Assembly: GCA_963770835.1 (NCBI GenBank)
Contig: CAVYRH010000004.1
Location: 544,001 to 608,000, forward strand
DNA: 64,000 nucleotides
Origin: an uncultured Pseudomonadota bacterium
Lineage (GTDB): Bacteria > Oederibacteriota > Muellerivitia > Muellerivitales > Muellerivitaceae
Reading direction: 5' to 3'
Below, in pieces: positions 48,044 to 58,165 of the stretch; within the stretch, counting starts at the first letter, position 1; the number at the start of each line of letters is the position of its first letter. The translations under genes were made by a program, and so were the position numbers. The notes under the pieces are model-generated. The model did not search any database. It worked only from the letters and a program-made list of their open reading frames with translations, and was not told the origin of the DNA.

Positions 48044-49282
48044 ATGCCCAACCATCCTTCGAACCTCCATCCCCATTCACCCGCAACTTTTGACCTCAAA
48101 ACCTTTGCCGTGGGCCTGACCGGGTTTTGCGCCTTTCTTTCCCTTTACGCCACTCAACCCCTTTTGCCCCTGTTGGAAGCGACCTTCCAGGCCTCCAAGT
48201 TGGCCGTGAGCCTTACGGTTTCCGCCGCCACCCTAGCCGTGGCCCTTGCCGCGCCCTGGGTAGGGATCATCGCCGACCAGCGGGGCCGTAAAAGAGTCAT
48301 CATCCCTTCCCTTTGTTTATTGGGTTTGGCGAACCTTCTGACCGCCACGGCAACAACCCTTCCAGCCTTGGTGGCCTGGCGGTTCGTGCAGGGGCTTCTT
48401 ACCCCGGCTGTCTTCGCGGTGACGGTGGCCTATGTGAACGAGGAATGGCCGAAGCACCAAGTGGGGTTCGCCACCTCGGTTTACGTTTCCGGAACAGTGG
48501 TGGGAGGTTTCACGGGGAGGTACCTTTCCGGTTTGGTGGCCGCTCAATGGGGCTGGCGTTGGGTTTTCGTGGCGCTGGGGGCGCTGGTTCTTTTCCTCGC
48601 CTGGGGGATTTCCGCGTGGCTGCCCCTGGCCAAGCAATTCAAGAAAGTCGAGAGTTATCGTACTGGCCTCCGCCACTTGCTGGAACACTGGGGAAACCCC
48701 GCTCTCCAAGCCGTCAATGCCGTGGGGTTCGTCGTGCTTTTTTCGCTGGTAGGGACCTTCACTTACATCACCTTTTACCTCGCGGCGCCTCCCTTCGGCC
48801 TGGGAACCTCCGCGCTGGGTTCCATCTTTTTCGTCTACCTCATCGGGGCGGTCATCACGCCCTGGGCAGGAAGGCACGTGGACCGGCGCGACGGCAAATC
48901 GGTAATGGCCATCGCCCTTTTGGCTTCCGCCGCGGGAGTGGGGCTGACCCTGATCCCCCACTTGGTTTGGGTGATCCTGGGCATCAGCCTTTGCTGCTCC
49001 GGTGTCTTCGTCTGCCAGACGGTCGCCAACAAGATGGTGGGGGCGACGGCGGGAAAATCGCGGGCCTCGGCGGTGGGGCTCTATGTGACCTTTTATTACT
49101 TGGGAGGGTTCGTGGGGTCGGTGGCTCCGGGCCTGCTTTGGAACTGGGGCGGGTGGCCGGCCTGCGTGGCGTTGATCACGGGCGTGCAGCTTTTGACGGT
49201 GGGGCTCATCCTCGGGATTTGGCGGAAAAAACAAGAAATCACCCGGAAGGCCCCGGAACAAGACCTGGGTGTACCGGCTTAA
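48044..49282 (+). CDS. MFS transporter (YnfM-like)
   Basis: 'LYATQPLLP', motif A 'GIIADQRGRKRV', 'WRFVQG', about 12 TM. Confidence 0.88.
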   Translation: MPNHPSNLHPHSPATFDLKTFAVGLTGFCAFLSLYATQPLLPLLEATFQASKLAVSLTVSAATLAVALAAPWVGIIADQRGRKRVIIPSLCLLGLANLLTATATTLPALVAWRFVQGLLTPAVFAVTVAYVNEEWPKHQVGFATSVYVSGTVVGGFTGRYLSGLVAAQWGWRWVFVALGALVLFLAWGISAWLPLAKQFKKVESYRTGLRHLLEHWGNPALQAVNAVGFVVLFSLVGTFTYITFYLAAPPFGLGTSALGSIFFVYLIGAVITPWAGRHVDRRDGKSVMAIALLASAAGVGLTLIPHLVWVILGISLCCSGVFVCQTVANKMVGATAGKSRASAVGLYVTFYYLGGFVGSVAPGLLWNWGGWPACVALITGVQLLTVGLILGIWRKKQEITRKAPEQDLGVPA

Positions 49283-49290
49283 GAACCCCT

Positions 49291-49435
49291 TAGCAGGATG
49301 ATGAAAAAGTCCAAATGGCGGACTTTTTCGTATCTATGTCGCGAATCACCCTTGAAAAACAAAGGGTCAAAAGCGATTCGCTCCTAGCCCGTGGCTGTAG
49401 ACAGGGTGGAGAGGCATTTTTTCAGCACCCTGTTA
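49291..49435. mobile_element. MITE-like element, ~145 bp (copy 2, inverted)
   Basis: TAGCAGGATGATGAAAAAG ... TTTTTTCAGCACCCTGTTA; internal similarity to 7033-7176. Confidence 0.65.
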
Positions 49436-49438
49436 GGA

Positions 49439-50626
49439 CTACACCGCTTGTCCCGCGACAAAACCTGAAGCCCAAGCCCATTGAAAATTGAACCCGCCCA
49501 GTTGTCCCGTTACATCCAACACTTCGCCGATGAAGAAAAGTCCCGGCACCTTCCGGACTTCCATGGTCTCGCGGGAAATCTCCCGGGTGTCAACCCCTCC
49601 CCTCATCACCTCCGCCATCCGGTAGCCGAAAGTATCGGCGGGGACGAAACGGTAGGCATGAATGTCGCGGGCCAGGGCCATCAGCCGCTCATCGGTAAGG
49701 GCCGCCCAGGGGCCCCGGGCTTCGGCGTTCCAGGCGATTCGTTCCGCCAGGCGGCGGGGGATCCGCTCGGAAAGCCAGACGCGGAATTTGCCTCGGCCAC
49801 CCTCGGTCTTGTCCTTCTTCAGTTGTTTGTAAGTGGACTCCACCGTCAGTTCGGGCACCCAATTGACGGTGATTTCCCGACCCGGTTTCCAGTAAAGGGA
49901 AGCGTTGAGCATGACGGGGCCGCTTAACCCCTTATGGGTGATCATCAGGTCTTCCACCAGGTTCCAGTCGCCGCAGGAAACGCCCACCCGAAGATGAACG
50001 CCCGCCAAATCCTTGAAGCGGGCCATTTCCTTTTCCGGGAAGGCCAGCCCGACCAGGGCGGGCGCGGGCTCGATCACTTTCAGGCCGAACTGGCGGGCGA
50101 TCTTAAAGCCCAAATCGGAAGCGCCCAGTTGGGGCCAAGACAATCCCCCGGTGGCGACCACCAGCCGCGGGGCCGCAAAGGTTTCACCGTTGGAATGGAC
50201 GGAAAAGCCGCCCTCGGAATGGGCCACTTCCCCCACCTTTTGCCCCAGCAGGATTTCCACACCCCGATCCTCAGCCCGGGAAACCAATAGTTCGATGATG
50301 TCCTTGGCGCTCTTGTCGCAGAACAACTGGCCATCCTTCTTTTCGTGGAAAGGAATGGACCGCGCTTGGACGAGGGCGATGAAATCCTTCGGGGTGAAGC
50401 GGGAAAGCGCGGCCTGGACAAAAGCGGGATTCGTTGAAACGTAGTTGGAGGGAGCGGCGTGGAGGTTGGTGAAGTTACAGCGGCCGCCCCCGGAAACGAG
50501 GATCTTGGGGGCGGGTTTCGGGTTTTGTTCCAACACCAGGACCTTCCGGCCCCGCAAGGCGGCTTCGTGGGCGCACATCAAGCCCGCCGCCCCACCCCCG
50601 AGAATGATCACGTCATAGGGTTTCAT
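49439..50626 (-). CDS. HI0933/BaiN/YhiN-family flavoprotein
   Basis: GGGAAG, KILVSGGGRCNFTN, ATGGLSWP, GGFNFQWAWASG. Confidence 0.92.
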   Translation of the reverse strand: MKPYDVIILGGGAAGLMCAHEAALRGRKVLVLEQNPKPAPKILVSGGGRCNFTNLHAAPSNYVSTNPAFVQAALSRFTPKDFIALVQARSIPFHEKKDGQLFCDKSAKDIIELLVSRAEDRGVEILLGQKVGEVAHSEGGFSVHSNGETFAAPRLVVATGGLSWPQLGASDLGFKIARQFGLKVIEPAPALVGLAFPEKEMARFKDLAGVHLRVGVSCGDWNLVEDLMITHKGLSGPVMLNASLYWKPGREITVNWVPELTVESTYKQLKKDKTEGGRGKFRVWLSERIPRRLAERIAWNAEARGPWAALTDERLMALARDIHAYRFVPADTFGYRMAEVMRGGVDTREISRETMEVRKVPGLFFIGEVLDVTGQLGGFNFQWAWASGFVAGQAV

Positions 50627-50733
50627 GCGCTTAAGATAACGGAACAAAGCCTTCCGGCATACCTTTTACGATTCTTGACGGTCTCCCGAATCTTGCTATC
50701 CTAAACCACCAATTCTTCCCAATGAGGTGCCTC

Positions 50734-51867
50734 ATGCAACGACGGTTGATCGCTTTCACGGCCCTGGCGGCCCTGGTCTTGTGCCTGTCCTGCGGGCCCA
50801 AACTGAATCCAAACGAATTCCGCATCGGGGAATTCGGCTCCCTCACGGGCGCCCAAGCCACCTTCGGGATTTCCACCGAGGATGGGATCCAATTGGCCGT
50901 AGACGAGGTGAACGCGGCGGGCGGCGTGAACGGCAAGACCTTGAAGGTCGTGGCCGTGGACGACCAGGGGAAACCCGAGGAAGCGGCTGTGGCGGTGACC
51001 AAGCTTATCACCGAGGACAAGGTTCAAGTTGTTTTGGGCGAGGTGGCCAGCTCCCTTTCCCTGGCGGCGGCGCCCATCTGCCAGGAACACAAAATCCCCA
51101 TGATTACACCCTCCTCCACCAACCCCAAGGTGACCCAAGTGGGGAACTACGTCTTCCGCGTCTGCTTCATCGATCCCTTCCAGGGCCAAGTCATGGCGGA
51201 TTTCGCCATGAATAACCTCAAAGCCAAGACGGCCGCCGTCCTCAGGGATCAAAAGAGCGATTACAGCATGGGCCTGGCGGATTTCTTCATCAAGCGGTTC
51301 AAGGAAAAGGGCGGGACCATCGTGATCGACCAAAGCTACGTGGCGGGAGACGTGGATTTCAAATCCCAGCTCACTACTATCAGGGAGCAAAAGCCCGACG
51401 TTATTTTCGTGCCCGGCTATTACACCGAAGTGGGGCTTATCGCCCAACAAACCCGGGAATTGAGCATCAAGGCGCCTTTGCTGGGCGGCGACGGCTGGGA
51501 TTCGTCGAAACTTTATGAAATCGGCGGCAAGGCATTGGATGGCTGCTATTTTTCATCCCATTATTCCCCGGAATCCACCGACCCCAAGGTCCAGGATTTC
51601 GTGAAGAAGTACCAGGCCAAATACGGCCAAGTGCCGGACGCCTTGGCGACCCTGGGTTACGACGCCACCGGTGTCCTGGTGGCGGCCTTGAAAAGCGGTA
51701 AGAGCATGGACCCAGCCGATATCCGCGATTCTATCGCGGCCACGAAGAATTACGCAGGAATAACGGGTTTCATCAGCCTGGACCCGGACCGTGACGCAGT
51801 CAAACCGGCGGTGGTGCTGAAGATCGCCGGGGGAAAATCCTCTTACGTTACAACCGTCAGCCCCTAA
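50734..51867 (+). CDS. Branched-chain amino-acid ABC substrate-binding lipoprotein (LivJ/K-like)
   Basis: 'SLTGAQATFG', 'VNAAGGVNGK', 'YVFRVCFIDPFQG', 'GGDGWDS'. Confidence 0.9.
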   Translation: MQRRLIAFTALAALVLCLSCGPKLNPNEFRIGEFGSLTGAQATFGISTEDGIQLAVDEVNAAGGVNGKTLKVVAVDDQGKPEEAAVAVTKLITEDKVQVVLGEVASSLSLAAAPICQEHKIPMITPSSTNPKVTQVGNYVFRVCFIDPFQGQVMADFAMNNLKAKTAAVLRDQKSDYSMGLADFFIKRFKEKGGTIVIDQSYVAGDVDFKSQLTTIREQKPDVIFVPGYYTEVGLIAQQTRELSIKAPLLGGDGWDSSKLYEIGGKALDGCYFSSHYSPESTDPKVQDFVKKYQAKYGQVPDALATLGYDATGVLVAALKSGKSMDPADIRDSIAATKNYAGITGFISLDPDRDAVKPAVVLKIAGGKSSYVTTVSP

Positions 51868-51888
51868 ACCCATTCTTTTCCCATCTTT

Positions 51889-51924
51889 AAAGGCCTGGAG
51901 AAATTTCCAGGCCTTTTTTATTTT
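51889..51924 (+). terminator. Rho-independent terminator
   Basis: AAAGGCCTGGA-GAAATT-TCCAGGCCTTTTTT. Confidence 0.8.
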
Positions 51925-52083
51925 GGGAGCATCCAAGAGCTTTGGGACCGAAAGCCTGCACTCTTTTGTGCAATTTGCTGAATTATTGCTTGTCCACCCC
52001 CTTAAGTCCTTGAAAATGTTCTCCCAGGGTGGTTTATTTTAATTCCCCCGCAATGAAAGGGGCTTTTCGACAAGGATCTTTTT

Positions 52084-53355
52084 ATGGATCAAGGAACACA
52101 TTCCCAAAACTCCCAAACCGCCGCCTTTAACCTGCGCGAAATCATCGACGGGGGATGGGTGGAACCCCACTTTCAACCCATTGTTTCCCTCAACCGCCGC
52201 TCCATCGTGGGGCTGGAAGGCTTGAGCCGGGGACTCCATCCGGGGACCCAAAATCTCATTCCCCCCACCGAACTTTTTCACCAAGCCATGATCCAAGGCC
52301 TCGAATTGGAATTAGACCAGCTATGCCGGAAGAAGGTCATGGAGGATTTCCGCCTGGTCCGGGCCGAAAACCCGGAATTCCTTTTGAGCCTCAACTTGGA
52401 CACTTCCATTTTCAGCCAAGGCGTGGCTGGCTCCGATTATTTGCGCCAGCAAGTGACTGAAGCGGGCCTCCAACCCGAACATATCGCTCTGGAGGTCATC
52501 GAATCGGACGTGAAAGACCTGAAGGAACTCCAACGGTTCGTGGAGCTGTACCGGGGTTACGGCTTCCTTATCGCCCTGGACGACGTGGGGGCCGGCCATT
52601 CCAACCTGAACCGCATTCCCCTCATCAAGCCCGACATCCTGAAGATCGACCGCTTCCTGGTGCAGGAAATTCAGGGCGATTTCTACAAGCAGGAGGTCCT
52701 AAGGTCCCTCGTGAACATGGCCCGCCGCCTGGGCACCCTCATCATCGCCGAAGGGGTAGAGACCCAGGAGGAAGCGGTCTACCTGCTGGACATGGACGTG
52801 GACATGATCCAGGGTTATTTCTTCGCCCGCCCTCAACGCCGGGGGCTCCTGGAGAAACAAGCGGTGTTGGACCGCATCGGGGGCTTAGGCGAGGCTTTCA
52901 AGCGGACCTTTCTCAAACGGCTGGGCGTCCAGAAGTTTAATATGAGCCGTTATTACGCCATGATCATGGAGATCCAGATGGAATTGCGCCTGAAGAGCCC
53001 GGGCCAATTCGATGAGGCCCTGAAAGGGCTGGTGGGGCGGTTCCCCCTGGTGGAAGGCATTTATATCCTGGACGAGGGGGGGATCCAGGCCTCGGAATAT
53101 TTCCTCAACCACAAGAGCCGTGCCAAACGGCAATCGGTGGTCTTCCAACCTCCCCCGAAAGGGTCCGACCACACGATGAAAGACTATTACTTTTCCTTGG
53201 TGGAGGAAGGTTTAAACAAGACCAGTTATGTCACCGAGCCCTATCTTTCCATGGCCTCGGGTAATAGCTGCGTGACCATCGCCTCGTTTTTCCAAGACGC
53301 GGATAAAAAAAAGTACATCCTTTGCTTGGATATCAATACTGAAGCCTTGGGCTAG
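52084..53355 (+). CDS. EAL c-di-GMP phosphodiesterase with C-terminal PDC/Cache-like domain
   Basis: FQPIV, EGLSR, DDVGAGHSNL, KIDR, EGVET, QGYFF; 'TEPYLSMASGNSCVT'. Confidence 0.88.
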   Translation: MDQGTHSQNSQTAAFNLREIIDGGWVEPHFQPIVSLNRRSIVGLEGLSRGLHPGTQNLIPPTELFHQAMIQGLELELDQLCRKKVMEDFRLVRAENPEFLLSLNLDTSIFSQGVAGSDYLRQQVTEAGLQPEHIALEVIESDVKDLKELQRFVELYRGYGFLIALDDVGAGHSNLNRIPLIKPDILKIDRFLVQEIQGDFYKQEVLRSLVNMARRLGTLIIAEGVETQEEAVYLLDMDVDMIQGYFFARPQRRGLLEKQAVLDRIGGLGEAFKRTFLKRLGVQKFNMSRYYAMIMEIQMELRLKSPGQFDEALKGLVGRFPLVEGIYILDEGGIQASEYFLNHKSRAKRQSVVFQPPPKGSDHTMKDYYFSLVEEGLNKTSYVTEPYLSMASGNSCVTIASFFQDADKKKYILCLDINTEALG

Positions 53356-53572
53356 GAATCACCGCCTGAAATGACAAAAAGACAGTTGCCTGACTTTCTT
53401 CTTTCGCAAGGGTGAAACCAGCCAGACTTTGTGCGAATAAACCGGAAGGTTTTTGTGCACCTACGGTTTTCTAACGGCTTTCCCTGGATTTAACTTGTAA
53501 AGATTCCTTACCAGTGGTTTATTTGATTTCCCGATAAACCCGGGCGCGGTTCGCTTTGAAGGAGACCTCCCC

Positions 53573-54856
53573 ATGGATAAAGGTACACTGACGCAGGGCG
53601 TTCAACCCGCTTTTTTCAACCTCCGTGAAATCATTGAAGGGCAGTGGATCGAAGCCCATTTCCAGCCCATCGTTTCGCTGAAACGGCGCTCTATTGTAGG
53701 CGTGGAAGGATTAAGCCGGGGCGTCCACCCCACCAGCCGCAGCCTCATCCCCCCCACGGATCTTTTCCACCAAGCCGCCCTCCAGGGCCTGGAGGTGGAT
53801 TTGGACCGTTTATGCCGCATCAAGGCATTGGACGATTTCAGGCTCATCCACTCCTTGAAACCCGAATTGATCCTTTCCCTCAACATGAACGCGGCCATCC
53901 TGGACCAGGGCGTGGCGGGGTCGGGACACCTGCGCACGCAGGTCTACCAGATGGGGTTGAACCCCCATAACATCGCCATCGAAATCATTGAATCGGAAGT
54001 GGAGGACCTGAAGCAACTCCAGAGTTTCGTGAAGCTTTACCGCAGCTACGGGTTTTTGATCGCCCTGGACGACGTGGGGGCGGGCCACTCCAACCTGAAC
54101 CGCATCTCCCTCATCAAACCCGACATCCTCAAGATCGACCGGTTTTTGGTGGAGGGCATCCACAAGGACTTCTACAAGCAGGAGGTCCTGAAGTCCCTCG
54201 TCAGCATGGCGCGCCGGTTGGGAACGCTCATCATCGCCGAAGGGGTCGAAACCGAGGAGGAAGCCGTCCGCCTCCTGGACATCGACGTGGATTTGGTGCA
54301 GGGCTACTACTTCGCCCGGCCGCAGCGCCATGACCGGCTTGAATGGGAACCCATCCTCGCGAAGATCGGCGGCTTGGGGGAGGCCTTCAAACGCCATTTT
54401 ATGGGGCGCCTAGGGACCCGGAAACTCAACATGAACCGTTACTATGCCACTCTCTTTGAGATCCAAATGGAGTTAAGCCAGATGCACCCGGTGCATTTCG
54501 ATTTGATCCTGCGGCGGATGGCGGCGGAGTTATCCCACGTGGAAAACATCTACGTCCTGGACGAGGCGGGACTCCAGGTGACAGACAGCGTTTTCAGCAA
54601 AGGCTGCCGGACCCATCGCAACCCGGTGGTTTTCAAGCCCGCGGCCAAGGGCGCGGACCACACCCTGAAGGATTATTATTATTTCCTCATGGAGTCGGGG
54701 CTCAACAAGACCAGCTTCCTCACCGAACCCTATCTTTCCATGTCGTCGGGAAACAGCTGCGTGACGCTTTCCTCCGTTTTCAAGAACGTCGACCGGAACA
54801 AATACATCCTTTGCCTGGATATCAACACCGACTCGTTGAGCGAAGAAACCGCCTAA
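53573..54856 (+). CDS. EAL c-di-GMP phosphodiesterase, tandem paralog
   Basis: Same motifs and architecture as preceding gene. Confidence 0.88.
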   Translation: MDKGTLTQGVQPAFFNLREIIEGQWIEAHFQPIVSLKRRSIVGVEGLSRGVHPTSRSLIPPTDLFHQAALQGLEVDLDRLCRIKALDDFRLIHSLKPELILSLNMNAAILDQGVAGSGHLRTQVYQMGLNPHNIAIEIIESEVEDLKQLQSFVKLYRSYGFLIALDDVGAGHSNLNRISLIKPDILKIDRFLVEGIHKDFYKQEVLKSLVSMARRLGTLIIAEGVETEEEAVRLLDIDVDLVQGYYFARPQRHDRLEWEPILAKIGGLGEAFKRHFMGRLGTRKLNMNRYYATLFEIQMELSQMHPVHFDLILRRMAAELSHVENIYVLDEAGLQVTDSVFSKGCRTHRNPVVFKPAAKGADHTLKDYYYFLMESGLNKTSFLTEPYLSMSSGNSCVTLSSVFKNVDRNKYILCLDINTDSLSEETA

Positions 54857-54863
54857 TAAAATT

Positions 54864-56027
54864 TCACCCCGGTTGCAGTTCAATCAGGCTCACTTCGGGT
54901 GTCAGGCCGAACCGCACCGGCAGGACCCAATAACCCGTCCCCGGCGTCACGTAAAGCTGGCAGTTCCCCTCCTTGAAATGTCCCATGTGGTATTTCATGA
55001 ACAGCTTGGCCAGGGACCAATCCAAGGCTTTAAAGCCAAACTGCCCCCCATGGGTGTGGCCGCTCAAGGTCAGCTCCACGTTCCGTTCCATGGCGTCCTT
55101 GAAACCCTGGGGCTGGTGGGCCAGCAAAACGGTGGGAGCCCCTGCCGGTTTTCCCTCCAGGGCCTTGTCGAAATCCGGCGCCACCGATCCCCATTGGCCG
55201 AAACGGCGGGCGCCCTGGTCTCCCACGCCGGCGATCCAAAGCGAAGCGTCGCCCCTTTTGATTTCCATGCCCTCGTTTACCAGCATCTGCAACCGGCTGT
55301 CCTCCAAAACATTGAGGGTTTTTTCGGGGTTGGCGTAAACGTCGTGGTTGCCCAGCACACCAATGGCGGGCAAGTAAGGGTCTAATACTTCCAGGCTTCT
55401 CAGGAACTTGGGGAGGTATTGGGGGTCGTCGTCGGTGATGTCGCCGCAGACCACGAAAAGGTCGGGGTTGGCCTCCTGGGCCACCCGGGCGAACTGCCGC
55501 AGGCGGGCCAGGCGGGTAAAGAGGCCCACGTGCAGGTCCGACACCATGGCGATCTTGAACCCCGCAAATTCCGGAGGAAGATTCTTGATGAGAACAACGA
55601 CCTTTTCCAGGCGAACGGTGAATATGGCCTGGAAAAATCCCACGACGCAGATGAATCCAATGACCGCCAGGAAGATGTTGGAGGGTATGTGGGCGAAGCG
55701 GGCAAAGGGAACCCATTTCCACGCGAAAACGGCCAGCCAGATGAGGCCTAATATGAGGATGAAGACGGAATAGAGGAATATCAGGAAGTTCCAGAGGACC
55801 CAGAAGGGGCCGAAGACTGCCCGGGAGAACCGGAAAAAGGGCGAGGAGTGGCGGCGCAGGATGAGGGGCAACAACAGCCAAAGCAGGTTGCCCATGACAC
55901 CCCCGGCCAGCACGAAGTGCCAGCCGCCGGGATAAATGGAAAAACCGGACCAAATGGAGACGGCGTTCATGAGGAAGAATAGGCTCAGGACGAGATTGAA
56001 AATGAGAACGGTTCGTTTGGTGGCCAA
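54864..56027 (-). CDS. Membrane-anchored calcineurin-like metallophosphoesterase
   Basis: SDLH, GD, GNHD, LLAHQP, SGHTHGGQ. Confidence 0.9.
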   Translation of the reverse strand: MATKRTVLIFNLVLSLFFLMNAVSIWSGFSIYPGGWHFVLAGGVMGNLLWLLLPLILRRHSSPFFRFSRAVFGPFWVLWNFLIFLYSVFILILGLIWLAVFAWKWVPFARFAHIPSNIFLAVIGFICVVGFFQAIFTVRLEKVVVLIKNLPPEFAGFKIAMVSDLHVGLFTRLARLRQFARVAQEANPDLFVVCGDITDDDPQYLPKFLRSLEVLDPYLPAIGVLGNHDVYANPEKTLNVLEDSRLQMLVNEGMEIKRGDASLWIAGVGDQGARRFGQWGSVAPDFDKALEGKPAGAPTVLLAHQPQGFKDAMERNVELTLSGHTHGGQFGFKALDWSLAKLFMKYHMGHFKEGNCQLYVTPGTGYWVLPVRFGLTPEVSLIELQPG

Positions 56028-56174
56028 GGCCCCTCCATGGGTTAAGGCAACGTACTATTTGGCCGAATCGGCCTTTTTGTCAAGGGAGTAGGTTAGGGAT
56101 GAATTTGTTTTTCTGTTTGGCCCTGTGGAAATTTTATCTAAACTGATGCTGCTTCGTCATCAACGCCCGGCTAG

Positions 56175-56220
56175 CCCCATTTCTCTATTTGAAAATAAAA
56201 GGAAAATGGGATACTCCCAC
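56175..56220. repeat. REP-like palindromic element
   Basis: CCCCATTT...AAATGGG overlapping GGGATACTCCC; related to 6846-6896. Confidence 0.35.
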
Positions 56221-56294
56221 ATTCCATTTATGATTGTCATTAAAGTGTGGGGATCGGCGGGCAATTCTCGCAATGATAGCGATTAAGGACTTTA

Positions 56295-57197
56295 ATGGAA
56301 GGCTTTCTCCAACTGTTGTTGAACGGCACGGCCCTGGGGTCCATTTACGCGCTCATCGCCCTGGGTTACACCATGGTTTACGGAATCCTACGCCTCATCA
56401 ATTTCGCCCATGGGGACATCGTGATGGTAGGCGCCTACGCGGGCCTTTTCACCGCCCTGGCCCTCCACGCCTCCGACCACCCCACGCTCGGCGGTTTCCT
56501 TGCGGTCATGGCGGTGGCCATGGGGGTGTCGGGCTTACTGGGATATCTCATTGAGCGCCTGGCCTATCGGCCCCTGCGAAACGTCCCTAGGCTCAATCTT
56601 CTCATTACGGCGGTGGGTGTTTCCTTGTTCCTGGAAAACCTGGGTCAAGTGGTGTTCGGGGCCACGCCCCGGGTGTTCCCGGAAATCATGCCCAATGTTT
56701 CCCTGTTCCAGTCCGGGGAAGTATCCATCACCAACCAGCAGGTCACGGTGTTCGGAACCTCCCTTTTCCTCATGTTCATTTTGGAATGGATCGTCCAGAA
56801 AACCAAGCTGGGGCGGGCCATGCGGGCGGTCTCCTATTCCCATGAGACGGCTTCCCTAGTGGGCATTCCCACCGACACCATCATCAGCATCACTTTCATC
56901 ATCGGTTCAGCCCTGGCCGCAGCGGCGGGCATTCTGGTGGGCATTTCCTACCCCCGCGTGGATCCTTTGATGGGAGTCATGATCGGCATCAAGGCTTTCG
57001 TGGCGGCAGTTTTGGGCGGTATCGGCAGTATCCGGGGGGCGGTGGTGGGCGGGTTCATCATGGGGATCTCCGAGGCCATGGTTGTGGGTTATGGTTCCTC
57101 TACCTACCGCGACGCCTTGGCCTTTGCCATTCTCATCCTGATCCTCATCTTCAAACCTGCCGGCCTGTTCGGCAAATACCAGCCGGAGAAAGTATGA
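56295..57197 (+). CDS. livH: Branched-chain amino-acid ABC permease
   Basis: GSIYALIALGYTMVYGILRLINFAHG; KAFVAAVLGGIG. Confidence 0.92.
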   Translation: MEGFLQLLLNGTALGSIYALIALGYTMVYGILRLINFAHGDIVMVGAYAGLFTALALHASDHPTLGGFLAVMAVAMGVSGLLGYLIERLAYRPLRNVPRLNLLITAVGVSLFLENLGQVVFGATPRVFPEIMPNVSLFQSGEVSITNQQVTVFGTSLFLMFILEWIVQKTKLGRAMRAVSYSHETASLVGIPTDTIISITFIIGSALAAAAGILVGISYPRVDPLMGVMIGIKAFVAAVLGGIGSIRGAVVGGFIMGISEAMVVGYGSSTYRDALAFAILILILIFKPAGLFGKYQPEKV

Positions 57198-58165
57198 GGT
57201 CCAACCTAAAGTTTCTTTTGATTCTTTTGGGAGTTTCTACGGCGGCACAGGGGCTGGCCGTCGTGACGCCACCCTATTTCAGCGAACTGTTCACCTTGGC
57301 CTGCATCAACGCCATCCTGGCGGTGTCCCTAAACCTGGTGAACGGTCTTTCGGGCCAGTTCTCGCTCGGCCACGCGGGGTTCATGGCCGTGGGGGCCTAC
57401 ACCTCCGCTTCGGTGAATGTCTTCCTGCTTTCCTCCCTACACGGTAATCCAGTGGGGGATCAAGCCGCCCTTATTCTTTCATTAGTGGCGGCGGCTTTGG
57501 TCAGCGCCCTAGCGGGCTATTTGGTGGGTCTCCCATCTCTGCGGCTCAAAGGGGACTATCTTGCAATCGCCACTCTGGGATTCGGGGAAATCATCCGGGT
57601 CATTATCCTGAACATCCAGGCCGTTGGCGGCGCTAGGGGATTTATTGGCATTCCCACCACCTCCACGCCCTTCCTAGTGGTCTTCGTGTTGGTGTTGGCG
57701 GTGCTTTTGACCCATCGTTTTGTGAAGTCTTCGCACGGACGGGCGCTTTTAGCGGTGCGGGAAAATGAGATAGCGGCGGAGGCCATGGGAGTCAACACCA
57801 CCTACTATAAGGTGCAAGCTTTCGTCGTTTCGGCTGGCACTGCGGGTGTGGCGGGGGGGCTTTTCGCCCACTATCTCTCTTATATCAACCCTAGCTCCTT
57901 CGATTTCATGAAGTCGGTGGAGATCGTCATCATGGTGGTGCTGGGCGGCATGGGGTCGGTATCGGGTTCCATTGTGGCTGCTTTTATTCTCACCTTACTG
58001 CCGGAAGCCTTGAGGCCCCTTCAAGACATCACCCACGTTGATTTACGGATGGTGATTTATTCGCTGGCCCTCATCCTCATGATGCTCCTGAGGCCCAAAG
58101 GCATGTTCGGTCGTAAAGAATTGTGGGAAATGTTTAAAAAATCACCAACAGTTGGAAACCAATGA
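57194..58165 (+). CDS. livM: Branched-chain amino-acid ABC permease
   Basis: GQFSLGHAGF, LRLKGDYLAIATLGFGEI, VVLGGMGS. Confidence 0.92.
   Translation: MRSNLKFLLILLGVSTAAQGLAVVTPPYFSELFTLACINAILAVSLNLVNGLSGQFSLGHAGFMAVGAYTSASVNVFLLSSLHGNPVGDQAALILSLVAAALVSALAGYLVGLPSLRLKGDYLAIATLGFGEIIRVIILNIQAVGGARGFIGIPTTSTPFLVVFVLVLAVLLTHRFVKSSHGRALLAVRENEIAAEAMGVNTTYYKVQAFVVSAGTAGVAGGLFAHYLSYINPSSFDFMKSVEIVIMVVLGGMGSVSGSIVAAFILTLLPEALRPLQDITHVDLRMVIYSLALILMMLLRPKGMFGRKELWEMFKKSPTVGNQ

Noticed and set aside
48313..49293. Long alternative-frame and antisense ORFs (also 30552-31565, 38552-39637, 55030-55953)
   Set aside because: Shadows of well-supported genes in GC-rich DNA, with no recognisable motifs
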